DNA from: an uncultured bacterium
GTDB lineage: Bacteria; Omnitrophota; Gorgyraeia; Duberdicusellales; CBEUCJ01
Assembly: GCA_965541615.1 (NCBI GenBank)
Contig: CBEUCJ010000002.1
Location: 223,795 to 287,794, forward strand
DNA length: 64,000 bases
Direction: 5' to 3'
A model generated the notes under the pieces. It saw only the letters and a list, made by a program, of their open reading frames with translations. It did not search any database and had not been told where the DNA came from. This document shows, piece by piece, positions 21,118-30,508 of the stretch. Every line of letters starts with the position of its first letter. Within the stretch, counting starts at the first letter, position 1. A program made the position numbers and the translations under genes.

Positions 21118-22839
21118 TTAACTCTTTATTCTTTTCTGTCTCCATTCTTTTATCTTCTCCCAAGACCAACAGTTTATAACATTTTCTTTGGTAGCCCATG
21201 CTCTTCTTGCTACACTTACTCCTAATTCTAAAAAATGGATTTGATCTAAAATATGAGCATCTGTCCCTAAAGATAATAAGACTCCTGATTCAACGGCTTT
21301 CTTAGCATTTATATCATTTAGATCTAATCTTTGAGGAAAACAATTTATCTCTAAAGCGGTCTGTGTTTGGAGACAAACTTTTATTATCTCTTCCAAATCT
21401 ATCTCATAACCTTCCCTTTGTCCCCATAACCTGCCTGTAGGATGAGCTATGATGTCTACATATTTATTTTTGCAAGCCTTTATTATCCTTTGGGTTAGCT
21501 GAGATTTAGACTGCTTAAAACCTGTATGGATTGCAGCTATTACTAAATCTAATTTTTCTAAAATCTCTTGAGGGTAATCTAAAGAACCATCATTTAAAAT
21601 ATCTACCTCAGCTCCACATAATACTTTAAAATCTTTGTATTCTGAGTTTATCTTTTTAACCTCTTCTATTTTCTTCAATAGATTTTCGATTGAAACTCCT
21701 CCTGCTACTTTCAAACTTTGAGAATGATCACAGATAGCTACATACTCAAAACCTAATTTCCTGCAGAAATCAGCTATCTCTCTTATGGTATAACCTCCAT
21801 CTGAATATTTTGAATGGACATGCAAATCTCCTTTTACATCTTCAAAACTTATGACTTTTGGAAGACTTTTATTTAAAGCTAACTCTATTTCTCCCTGATC
21901 TTCTCTTAACTCAGGTAATATATATTCCATACCAAAGAAATCAAAGATTTCTTCTTCTGTAGCTCCACACACTCTTTTTTCTCCTTTAAAAACACCATAT
22001 TCATTTACTTTGTATCCACTTTTTAAAGCTAACTGTCTAAATTTAATGTTAAAAGCTTTTGAACCTGTAAAGTACATTAAAGCTGAACCAAAACATTCAG
22101 GATCTACTACTCTTAAATCTACTTGTATGTCTTCATCTGTCAAAACAGAAGATTTGGTAGTTCCTTTTGCCAAGATTTCTTTTACTTTTTTAAAATTTAC
22201 AAATTCTTCTGAAACTTTAAGGGGGTCTGAAGTAACTACTAAAATATCTATGTCTTTTATAGTATCTTTTCTTCTTCTGACAGAACCTGCTTCACTTATC
22301 TTTTTAACTATACTAAAACTTTTCAGATAATCTATAAAGCTTGAGGCGATTTCTAAAGCTTTATATAAAGGCATTCTCTCTTTTCCTTTTTTTATTAACT
22401 CTATCCCTTTTAGTATATTTTCTATGGTTTTTTCTCTTATTCCTGGTAAACCATAAAGTTTTCCAGATTTAGCAAATTCTTCTAACTTTTCTATGCTATC
22501 TATATTTAACTTTTCATATAAAAGCTTTGCTGTTTTTGGACCTACTGAAGGTATCTCTAAAATCTTTAAAAGTCCTGGAGGTGTGCTTTTCTTTAACTCT
22601 TCATAATATTTTAAAGTACCTGTCTCTAAGATTTCTTTTATTTTAAGAGCCAAATCCTGACCTATTCCTGGAATAGAAGTTAATTTACCAGTCTTTGCCA
22701 ACTCTTTTAAATCTTGTGTTAGGTTTTCTATATTTTGTGCAGCTTTCTCATAAGCTCTTATTCTAAAAGGATTCTCATCCTTTACTGATAAAATCTGAGC
22801 TATTTCTCTAAAGATTTTAGCTATCTGTTGATTGGTCAT
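21118..22839 (-). CDS. polX: DNA polymerase X / PHP 3'-5' exonuclease
   Basis: NPFRIRAY, AGSVRR, DIDIL, DLRVV, YFTGS, PHP domain DLHVHS, AHPTGR, GTDAH. Confidence 0.96.
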   Translation of the reverse strand: MTNQQIAKIFREIAQILSVKDENPFRIRAYEKAAQNIENLTQDLKELAKTGKLTSIPGIGQDLALKIKEILETGTLKYYEELKKSTPPGLLKILEIPSVGPKTAKLLYEKLNIDSIEKLEEFAKSGKLYGLPGIREKTIENILKGIELIKKGKERMPLYKALEIASSFIDYLKSFSIVKKISEAGSVRRRKDTIKDIDILVVTSDPLKVSEEFVNFKKVKEILAKGTTKSSVLTDEDIQVDLRVVDPECFGSALMYFTGSKAFNIKFRQLALKSGYKVNEYGVFKGEKRVCGATEEEIFDFFGMEYILPELREDQGEIELALNKSLPKVISFEDVKGDLHVHSKYSDGGYTIREIADFCRKLGFEYVAICDHSQSLKVAGGVSIENLLKKIEEVKKINSEYKDFKVLCGAEVDILNDGSLDYPQEILEKLDLVIAAIHTGFKQSKSQLTQRIIKACKNKYVDIIAHPTGRLWGQREGYEIDLEEIIKVCLQTQTALEINCFPQRLDLNDINAKKAVESGVLLSLGTDAHILDQIHFLELGVSVARRAWATKENVINCWSWEKIKEWRQKRIKS

Positions 22840-23263
22840 TTTCTAAAGGATATTTAGCTACTACTCTTGTTTTAATCCCTCCTCTTATATTAAATATTCC
22901 TTCTACTTCTAATTTTTTGGGTTTCAATACTTTCACCAAATCTTGCATAATTTTATTTACTGCATGTTCATGAAAGATCTTTACTTGTCTGAAAGCAAAC
23001 AGATAGTATTTTAAAGATCTTAATTCAATTAAGTATTTGTTAGGAACGTATCTTATAGTTATCTGAGCGTAATCAGGTAATTCTGAAAAAGGGCATAAAC
23101 ATGTAAATTCAGAAGTCGTGTGTTCAATCTCAATAGGGTTTTCTTCATATTCATATTTTATTACTTTCAAAATACTCGTATCTATATCTTGAGGCAAAAA
23201 AGTTTTGCCCAAAGTTTTTTTTGCTTTTTTCTCTTCAGGATTTACATACCTTTTAATCTTCAT
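22817..23263 (-). CDS. queF: NADPH-dependent preQ0 reductase (type 1)
   Basis: EFTCLCP..LPDYA, ELRSLKYY, FHEHAVN, FNIRGGI. Confidence 0.92.
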   Translation of the reverse strand: MKIKRYVNPEEKKAKKTLGKTFLPQDIDTSILKVIKYEYEENPIEIEHTTSEFTCLCPFSELPDYAQITIRYVPNKYLIELRSLKYYLFAFRQVKIFHEHAVNKIMQDLVKVLKPKKLEVEGIFNIRGGIKTRVVAKYPLENDQSTDS

Positions 23264-23655
23264 ACTCTCACTAACATAGCTTGAGATTGAGCTTTTAGAA
23301 TCTTGTCTTGAAACAAGTCTGCTTCACATATAAAGTAAGATGAACTTTCTTTAATTAATCTTGCTCTCAAAATTATCTGTTTGTTGGTGTAAACTGGTTT
23401 TTTTAATTTTACAGTTATCTTAGCTGTAACACATTTTATACCTTTCTTATAAACTACTTGAGCTGAAACTTCATCTAAAAGTGTGCAGACTATACCTCCA
23501 TGGACTATATCTTTATAACCTTGGAATTTCTTATCTAAAACTATTTTAGAGACTACTTCATTATTTTCTTTCTCAAACTCCATCTTTAAACCGTGAGGGT
23601 TATTTTTCCCACAACAAAAACACCAATCGTCATCTATAAATAATTCTCTGCTCAT
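23260..23655 (-). CDS. PaaI-family hotdog thioesterase
   Basis: CFCCGKNNPHGL, QGYKDIVHGGIVCTLLDE. Confidence 0.88.
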   Translation of the reverse strand: MSRELFIDDDWCFCCGKNNPHGLKMEFEKENNEVVSKIVLDKKFQGYKDIVHGGIVCTLLDEVSAQVVYKKGIKCVTAKITVKLKKPVYTNKQIILRARLIKESSSYFICEADLFQDKILKAQSQAMLVRV

Positions 23656-23663
23656 CTTGATTT

Positions 23664-23691
23664 ATATTATCATATTAAAAAACATTTTAAA
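23664..23691 (-). promoter_or_regulatory. Possible promoter for thioesterase-queF-polX-apbE-nfnAB, near-leaderless
   Basis: TTTAAA-16 nt-TAATAT with extended -10 TG, 8 nt before ATG 23655. Confidence 0.4.
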
Positions 23692-23695
23692 GATC

Positions 23696-24484
23696 TTAAA
23701 GATTTGAAATTTTTTTTCTAAAAATTATAAATGTTAAAAAAGAATAAAGAACTATAGAACAAAGTGAATGTAAAATTATAAAAAGTTTTAGATTCTGGTA
23801 AATCAAACTATCTGGAAAACAGGAAAAATATACCAAAGAATGAAATCTTGGAGAAAAAATATAAAAGATAAAAAAACTCATTTTAAAAAATAGAGGTGCC
23901 TCTGAAAATTTTAAGGCTAAAGATTCAGTCTGAAAGCTTCCTAAGAAAATAAGGAATAAAAATATGTAACTTAAAAATTTAGGTAAGACCAGATACAAAA
24001 AAGAAAAGAAGACTGAAAACAATAAAAGAAGTATAGTTGAAAAGAAAATACTCATAAGGTTGAAATGAAAATATTTATGAAAAAAAATTATACCTGCTAA
24101 AATTCCATAGAAAACACCTGTTACACTCATTATGCAAAGAAATATTGCTATTAAGTATCCTAAGAAATAATGAGTCTTATTCAAAGGAAGACAGAGAAAA
24201 TTATATAAAGTCTTTTTATCTGTCCAAAAGGAAAGAAAACTTATAACAATTCCGAATAAAATCAAAACTGAAAATAAATCTATAAAAAAATATCCACTTC
24301 TTAAAGCTAAATTCTCAACATTTTCTATCCTAAGAAGTTTTAAATAAAATTCTTTAAAAGTATCAGAAAAGTAAAGATGTAAAGATTGTAAAAAAATGAT
24401 CCCTAAGAATATAAGAATAAAGAAAAACTTTTCTTTTGTAAGCTTTCTAATTAAAATTTTAGCTAAAAGTAGGCTCTTAAACAT
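23696..24484 (-). CDS. ABC-2 type exporter permease
   Basis: About six hydrophobic segments, KKTLYNFLCLPLNKTHYFLG loop; coupled to ABC ATPase. Confidence 0.75.
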   Translation of the reverse strand: MFKSLLLAKILIRKLTKEKFFFILIFLGIIFLQSLHLYFSDTFKEFYLKLLRIENVENLALRSGYFFIDLFSVLILFGIVISFLSFWTDKKTLYNFLCLPLNKTHYFLGYLIAIFLCIMSVTGVFYGILAGIIFFHKYFHFNLMSIFFSTILLLLFSVFFSFLYLVLPKFLSYIFLFLIFLGSFQTESLALKFSEAPLFFKMSFFIFYIFSPRFHSLVYFSCFPDSLIYQNLKLFIILHSLCSIVLYSFLTFIIFRKKISNL

Positions 24485-25163
24485 TCTCTATTTTTTCAAA
24501 AGCAGATTCTAAACTTTCAAATTCCTTTAATTCTGTTTTAGTTAACATTTTTAAGATCTTTCCTTCTTTTATAAAACAGACTCTATCACAAAGTTTTTCT
24601 ATCTCTGAGAGGATATGAGAAGAGATTATCATAGTAGTTTGTTTAAATCTCTCTTCTAAAATTCTTAAGACTTTTTTTCTGGTAGGTAGATCCAAAAAGA
24701 CCGTAGGTTCATCCCATATAAGAAGTTTATTTTTACCTAACAAAGAAACTATAATCTGAATTAGCCTTTTCTGACCTTGAGAAAGATCACCTAAAGGTTT
24801 ATTTAAAATAGGTTTTAAACAGAATTCTTCAATAAAAAAATCCAAATCAGAATCTGCTCTTTTAATCTTAGAATAAAAATTTAAAGCTTCCTTAACTTTA
24901 AGAAAACCAGGTATACAAAATTCTTCAGGTAAAAATCCTATATATTCTTTAATCTTAGGATCTTGAGGCGCTGAACCTAAAACTTCAACTTTGCCATCAT
25001 CAAATTGAGTTAAACCTAAAATTATCTTTAAAGTGGTAGTTTTTCCTGCTCCATTAGGTCCTAAGATTCCAAAAATTTCAGATTCTTTTATCTCTAAATC
25101 GATTCCTTTTAAAACTTCTATTTTTTTATAACTTTTTCTTAAATTCTCAATCTTTAATATCAT
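24477..25163 (-). CDS. ABC transporter ATP-binding protein
   Basis: GPNGAGKTT, LSQGQ signature variant, WDEPT, SSH. Confidence 0.93.
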   Translation of the reverse strand: MILKIENLRKSYKKIEVLKGIDLEIKESEIFGILGPNGAGKTTTLKIILGLTQFDDGKVEVLGSAPQDPKIKEYIGFLPEEFCIPGFLKVKEALNFYSKIKRADSDLDFFIEEFCLKPILNKPLGDLSQGQKRLIQIIVSLLGKNKLLIWDEPTVFLDLPTRKKVLRILEERFKQTTMIISSHILSEIEKLCDRVCFIKEGKILKMLTKTELKEFESLESAFEKIENV

Positions 25164-25891
25164 AAAAAATTCAAAGTATTTAAAGGTTTTTCCAAATGGT
25201 ATAATAAGAAACTATCTATTATTTCTTTCAATACACTTCTCATTTGAGGACTTAATTTAATATTTAAAGATTTTAACAGACTTTGTTTATGCCAATATAA
25301 AAGAGTGTTAACTACTCCTTGTTCAATCTTTCTTGCTGTAAATATTTTCCTGGCACAATTCTCACACACTAAACCCCCTTTTTCTATACTCAAAAATGCC
25401 TTTTTACTAATAGAATTCTGACATACTAAGCAGTCTGTTAAATGGGGTTTTATTCCTACATACTCAAATAATTTTAACAAAAAAATGAATCTTAATTTTT
25501 CCTTGTCTTTAACATTTAAATTTTCTAATGCCCAATTGAGCAAATAAAAAATTTTCTTGTTCTCATCTTCTAAATTTAAAAAATTATTGATAACTTCTGC
25601 AAAAAAACAAGCATAATAAAAGTTGCTTATACTTTCAAAAACAGGAAAGACTTTTATTAAAAATATCTGTGAGATTAAATTAAGTTCTGATGAAGCAGAA
25701 TAAAAGACAATTTCATTTAAAGACCCTATTAAACAACTAGAATTATACTTTAATGGTTCTTTTCTAACAGCTTTTAAAATTCCTTTTATCTTTCCAAAAT
25801 CTAAAGTAAAGAACAAAATAATCCGAGAACTGGTTCTAAAATCCTGAGAAGAAAGAATAAAAGCTTTAGTTTTAAAGATACCCCTTTTCAT
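25160..25891 (-). CDS. recO: DNA repair protein RecO
   Basis: FTLDFGKIKGILKAVRK OB fold, CLVC..GGLVCENC zinc finger; follows ybeY. Confidence 0.9.
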   Translation of the reverse strand: MKRGIFKTKAFILSSQDFRTSSRIILFFTLDFGKIKGILKAVRKEPLKYNSSCLIGSLNEIVFYSASSELNLISQIFLIKVFPVFESISNFYYACFFAEVINNFLNLEDENKKIFYLLNWALENLNVKDKEKLRFIFLLKLFEYVGIKPHLTDCLVCQNSISKKAFLSIEKGGLVCENCARKIFTARKIEQGVVNTLLYWHKQSLLKSLNIKLSPQMRSVLKEIIDSFLLYHLEKPLNTLNFL

Positions 25892-26297
25892 CTAAGAGAT
25901 TTAATATTTCTGCTTCTCTCTTTCTCATTTTTTCTGCATCTTTCTTATTATAATCTTTAAACCCTTTTAAGTGAAGTAAGCCATGGATTATATAAAGAGT
26001 TAATTCTTTTAGAAAAGTACTTTTAAATCTCTTTGAATTTACCTTAGCTCTCTCTACAGATATTAAAATGTCTCCTAAATATCTTTTTGAATCTGATTTA
26101 AAACTGAGTACATCTGTAGTTGAATTTTTATTTAAAAATTCTTTGTTGTATTTTCTTATTTGAGCATCATCTAAAAAAACTATACTTATTCCTTTCTTTA
26201 TACCCATAATCTTTAAAACAAACTCAGTTATCTTAATTATTTTTTTGGTGGGTACTTGTATTTTTCTTTGATTGTTGAGAAGATTTATCTGGAACAT
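25872..26297 (-). CDS. ybeY: rRNA maturation RNase YbeY (ORF open to 26318)
   Basis: TDVLSF, LGDILIS, IIHGLLHLKGF; phoH-HD-ybeY synteny. Confidence 0.92.
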   Translation of the reverse strand: MFQINLLNNQRKIQVPTKKIIKITEFVLKIMGIKKGISIVFLDDAQIRKYNKEFLNKNSTTDVLSFKSDSKRYLGDILISVERAKVNSKRFKSTFLKELTLYIIHGLLHLKGFKDYNKKDAEKMRKREAEILNLLDEKGYL

Positions 26298-27651
26298 CTT
26301 GTGTCTTTGGGTATTCAATACGAGCGTGGAAAAGGGCTGTTAGAAGTCTTATAAATACTTCTTCTATTTTCTCTAATTCTTTCAAACTTAAACCTGATTC
26401 ATCTAACTGTCCGTCCTCTAATTTAACTCTTATTATTTCTTTTACAAGTTCTCTTATTCTGGAAGGTGTGGGCTCCTCTAAAACTCTGGAAGCAGCTTCT
26501 ATTGAATCAGCAAGTAAGACGATAGCTGTCTCTTTTGTTTGAGGCTTAGGACCTGGATATCTAAACTCATCTTTCATTTTTTCTTTTTCTTTTTCTGTTA
26601 GATCTTTTGTTGCTTGATGATAAAAATAACTAATTAAAGAAGTTCCATGGTGTTGAGATATAAAGTCTATTACAGGTTGAGGAAGTCTGTATTTTTTTGC
26701 TAATTCTACACCTTCTTTTACATGGTTTATTATCACAAGTTTGCTCATAGTAGGTGTTAAAGCTTTATGTCTGTCTTTTCTGTAAAGTTGATTTTCTACA
26801 AAATATTCAGCTTTGGAAATCTTTCCTATATCATGAAAGTAAGCTCCCACCCTTGCCAAAAGAGAATTAGCTCCTATACTTTCAGCTGCACTTTCAGCTA
26901 AATTTGCTACGATAAGACTATGTAAATAAGTGCCAGGAGCTTCTAAATTCAGCTTTTTTAATAAAGGATGGTTTGTATCTGAAAGCTCTAACAGTCTTAT
27001 ATTTGTAACTACTCCAAAGAAATTTTCAAGTAAAGGTAAAACTCCTAATACAAATATAAAAGAAAATATACTATTTCCTAAATCAGAGAGTATGCATTTT
27101 TTTAAGATCTCTAGATTTCTGACATCAAGAGAGTTTAAAGAACTATTCAATAAAATCTGTAAAACTCCTGCAACTAAGGCAGCTTTTATTATCTGGGGTC
27201 TCTTTTTCTGTTTGTATAATAAAATTAAACACAAAAGACTTGGAATGAATAATATAAGTACCTGATTTAAGCTATTTACTAATAAACCTACGAACATTGA
27301 GAGTAAAAGATTAATAAAGATAGCTACCTCATAATTGCCAAATAACAAATAAGAAAGCATCCCAAAACTCATTATTGGAACACTACTGTAAAAAAGAGAA
27401 AATTTTGGCAGAACAAAGTTTATTATGAGAAAACTTACTGCAAACCCCAAATTGAGAAGAAATAGTTGAGACAAAGCTTCTTTAAATTTTAAAGGATTCA
27501 GATTAAGATATGAAAAGTAAATTCCCCACAAAAAGATTAGCAGAGCATATAAAGGAGTGATCTTTAAAGATAGAAAGAATAATGACTGTAAAAGGATTAT
27601 AAAAAGAAAGATTAAATTTTCAGTTCTTCTTTCTTTTTTCATAGGCTTCAA
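26233..27651 (-). CDS. 7TM-HDIG phosphohydrolase (PgpH/YqfF-like) without the large extracellular domain
   Basis: Multiple TM helices, LLELSD..HPLL, APGTYLHS, YFHDIGK, HHGTS, FRYPGPKPQTKE, LADSIEAA, RIEYP. Confidence 0.9.
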   Translation of the reverse strand: MKPMKKERRTENLIFLFIILLQSLFFLSLKITPLYALLIFLWGIYFSYLNLNPLKFKEALSQLFLLNLGFAVSFLIINFVLPKFSLFYSSVPIMSFGMLSYLLFGNYEVAIFINLLLSMFVGLLVNSLNQVLILFIPSLLCLILLYKQKKRPQIIKAALVAGVLQILLNSSLNSLDVRNLEILKKCILSDLGNSIFSFIFVLGVLPLLENFFGVVTNIRLLELSDTNHPLLKKLNLEAPGTYLHSLIVANLAESAAESIGANSLLARVGAYFHDIGKISKAEYFVENQLYRKDRHKALTPTMSKLVIINHVKEGVELAKKYRLPQPVIDFISQHHGTSLISYFYHQATKDLTEKEKEKMKDEFRYPGPKPQTKETAIVLLADSIEAASRVLEEPTPSRIRELVKEIIRVKLEDGQLDESGLSLKELEKIEEVFIRLLTALFHARIEYPKTQDVPDKSSQQSKKNTSTHQKNN

Positions 27652-28573
27652 TTATTTCTTGGACTAAAGAATGTCTTACTACATCTTCACCTGTCAAATA
27701 TACAAATTTTATACCTTTAATATCTTTTAAGACCTCTATAGCTTCTATTAAACCTTGAGGTCTACCTCCTGGTAAATCTGACTGAGTAAGATCTCCTGTT
27801 ATAACTGCTTTTGAACCAAAGCCCAATCTTGTTAAGAACATCTTCATCTGTTCAGAAGTACAATTTTGAGCTTCATCTAAAATTATAAAAGCATCGTTTA
27901 GAGTTCTACCTCTCATATAAGCTAAAGGAGCTACTTCTATTACTCCGGTTTCTGTATACTCTTCTATTCTCTCTGGTTCCATCATCTCATACAGAGCATC
28001 ATAAAGAGGTCTTAAATAGGGACTTAGTTTTTCAGTTACATCTCCTGGTAAAAACCCTAAAGATTCTCCAGCTTCTTTTGCAGGTCTTACAAGAATTATC
28101 CTTGAAACCTTATTTTTCATTAAAAAAGAAACTGCACACCCCATAGCTAAATAAGTCTTACCAGTTCCAGCAGGCCCCAAAGAAAATACAATATCATAAT
28201 CGTATATTGCTTTTACATATTCTAATTGTCCTTTGGTCTTAGGAGTTATAAATTTCTTTCTTGAAAAGACTTCTATTCTGTAATCTTTTAATTCTTGAAA
28301 GAATTCGTTATTTGATGTTGAGAATCTTAGAAAATGAAGAACATCTGATTTTTTTATTGGTAAGTTTTTTTCTGCAAAAAAATGCATTTCCTTTAACACA
28401 TTAATTGCTTTATCTATATCTTTAGCAGAATCTCCTTTAATTATAAGATGGTCTGATTTTAAAAATATTTTTACTTTTAAAGTTTCTTCTATCATTTTTA
28501 TGTATTGATCTTGAGGACCGAATATAGCTTTTAAATGCTTTAGATTCTGCAAAGGAAATATTTTCTCTTGCAT
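27620..28573 (-). CDS. phoH: PhoH-family ATPase (YbeZ)
   Basis: GPAGTGKTYLA, EAGESLGFLPG, APLAYMRGRTL, LDEAQN, DVVRH. Confidence 0.96.
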   Translation of the reverse strand: MQEKIFPLQNLKHLKAIFGPQDQYIKMIEETLKVKIFLKSDHLIIKGDSAKDIDKAINVLKEMHFFAEKNLPIKKSDVLHFLRFSTSNNEFFQELKDYRIEVFSRKKFITPKTKGQLEYVKAIYDYDIVFSLGPAGTGKTYLAMGCAVSFLMKNKVSRIILVRPAKEAGESLGFLPGDVTEKLSPYLRPLYDALYEMMEPERIEEYTETGVIEVAPLAYMRGRTLNDAFIILDEAQNCTSEQMKMFLTRLGFGSKAVITGDLTQSDLPGGRPQGLIEAIEVLKDIKGIKFVYLTGEDVVRHSLVQEIIEAYEKRKKN

Positions 28574-29118
28574 TACTTAGGAATTTTCAGAATGAGTCCT
28601 TCTTTAATAAAATCTGGATCTTTTATCTTATCTTTATTGGCTTCAAAAATCTTTTTCCATTTTTTATGAGTTCCATAGAACTTATAGGAAATCTTTTGTA
28701 AAGTATCTCCTTTTTGAACTTTGTAAGTTATGAATTCCTCTTGTGGAATTTGGGGTTCTTTAATTTCCTCAGACTCAGTTAACTCAGTTAAAGGTTCTTC
28801 TTCAACGACCACTGTTTCTGTCTCTTTTTCTGAAACAGGTTCCTCTATCTTTTGAGAAATATATTCTTGTGATTTTGGCTCTAAACTTTTAGAAGGAGTT
28901 TCTTCTAACTCTACTACTTTTGATGGACCAAATTCTATCTCCAAAACAGTAATAGTCCTAGTCTTTTTTTTAGGTAAAGGTTTTTCTGGAGGTGGAGTCC
29001 CTACTATATAGCCCCTATTTCCTTTAATCTCTAAGTCTGAACGTGGTTTTTGAATATTATATACCCTTGCTACACACCCTATTAAAAACAAGATTAAAGA
29101 TAAATAAAGTATCTTCAT
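28573..29118 (-). CDS. LysM-domain lipoprotein
   Basis: Lipobox LIGC, acidic linker, C-terminal YKVQKGDTLQKIS...IFEAN...LKIP. Confidence 0.88.
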   Translation of the reverse strand: MKILYLSLILFLIGCVARVYNIQKPRSDLEIKGNRGYIVGTPPPEKPLPKKKTRTITVLEIEFGPSKVVELEETPSKSLEPKSQEYISQKIEEPVSEKETETVVVEEEPLTELTESEEIKEPQIPQEEFITYKVQKGDTLQKISYKFYGTHKKWKKIFEANKDKIKDPDFIKEGLILKIPK

Positions 29119-29122
29119 TGTT

Positions 29123-30508
29123 TTACCCCCTTTCTTCTATTTTAATCCCTAACTCCTTTAACTGAAAATCTTCTACTTCTGAAGGAGCATAAGTTAAAGG
29201 GCAAATTCCTTTCTGTGTCTTGGGAAAAGCTATTACTTCTCTGATGCTTTCTTCTTTACATAATATAGCACAAAATCTGTCTAATCCTAAAGCTATACCT
29301 GCATGAGGAGGGGCTCCAAATTTTAAAGCTCTTAATAAAAATCCAAATTTTTTTTCAGCTTCTTCTTTGCTTATATTTAATATTTCAAAGATCTTTTTTT
29401 GAAGTTGAGGAGTATGAATTCTTACAGAACCCGAAGCAATTTCAGCTCCATTTAATACTAAATCATAAGAACGTGCCTTTACTTTTTCTAATTCTCCTTT
29501 TTCTAAAAATTCAATAGTAGAAGGGTGTGGAGCTGTGAAGGGATGGTGTTCTGAGACCCATCTTTTTTCATCTTCGTCATATTTAAAAAGAGGAAAATCA
29601 GTAATCCACACAAAAGAAAATTCATCTTCATTTTTTCTTAAATCTGGTTTATCAGTATTGTACTTTTTCATACATTCTTCATAACTCAATCTCATAAAAG
29701 GGATCTTTATCTCTTTATTCAAAAGCTCTTTAAAAATTCTACTCATCAACTCTTCCATTAAAGAAAAAATATCTTCTTCTTCTGCAAAACTCATCTCTAT
29801 ATCTAATTGAATAAATTCAGGCTGTCTATCCTTTCTTAAGTCTTCATCTCTGAAGCACCTTACTATCTGATAATATCTATCAAAACCTGAAACCATTAAA
29901 ATTTGTTTAAATAGCTGAGGAGATTGAGGGAGGGCATAAAACTTTCCTAAATTTAATCTGGAAGGGACTAAAAAATCTCTTGCCCCTTCCGGAGTAGACT
30001 TAGTTAAAAAAGGAGTCTCTATCTCTATAAATCCTTTTTCATCAAAAAATCTATGTAAAACTTTATTTAATTTATGTCTAAATATAAGATTTCTTTGCAT
30101 CTTTGGAGTCCTTAAATCTAAAAATCTGTACTTTAATCTCAATTCTTCAGAGATATCTGTAGAATTATCTATTTCAAATGGTAAATTCTCACATTTATTT
30201 AAAATCTCAATATGCTTGGCTTCTACTTCTATTAGTCCTGTCTTTATTTTAGGGTTTTCTGTTTTAGGAGGTCTTTTACGAACTATTCCTTCTACCAAAA
30301 TTACAAACTCATTTCTTATCTCTTTAAGTTTCTCATAAGCAGATTTATTATGGGGGAGGACTACGATTTGAGTTATTCCATATCTATCTCTTAAATCTAA
30401 AAACACAATCTTACCATGGTCTCTTCTCCTATAGACCCATCCACATAGCTTTACATTTTTCTCTACATCACTTAAGCCTAACTCTCCACAAGTATGTGTT
30501 CTCAACAT
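29123..30508 (-). CDS. aspS: Aspartate--tRNA ligase, bacterial type, lacking GAD insertion domain; probably non-discriminating
   Basis: [61 protein letters not shown]; only 461 aa. Confidence 0.96.
   Translation of the reverse strand: MLRTHTCGELGLSDVEKNVKLCGWVYRRRDHGKIVFLDLRDRYGITQIVVLPHNKSAYEKLKEIRNEFVILVEGIVRKRPPKTENPKIKTGLIEVEAKHIEILNKCENLPFEIDNSTDISEELRLKYRFLDLRTPKMQRNLIFRHKLNKVLHRFFDEKGFIEIETPFLTKSTPEGARDFLVPSRLNLGKFYALPQSPQLFKQILMVSGFDRYYQIVRCFRDEDLRKDRQPEFIQLDIEMSFAEEEDIFSLMEELMSRIFKELLNKEIKIPFMRLSYEECMKKYNTDKPDLRKNEDEFSFVWITDFPLFKYDEDEKRWVSEHHPFTAPHPSTIEFLEKGELEKVKARSYDLVLNGAEIASGSVRIHTPQLQKKIFEILNISKEEAEKKFGFLLRALKFGAPPHAGIALGLDRFCAILCKEESIREVIAFPKTQKGICPLTYAPSEVEDFQLKELGIKIEERG

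Noticed and set aside
25950-25990. YbeY third metal ligand His replaced (HGLLHLKGFKD)
   Set aside because: Asp at this position is a variant I recall from other phyla; not evidence of inactivation
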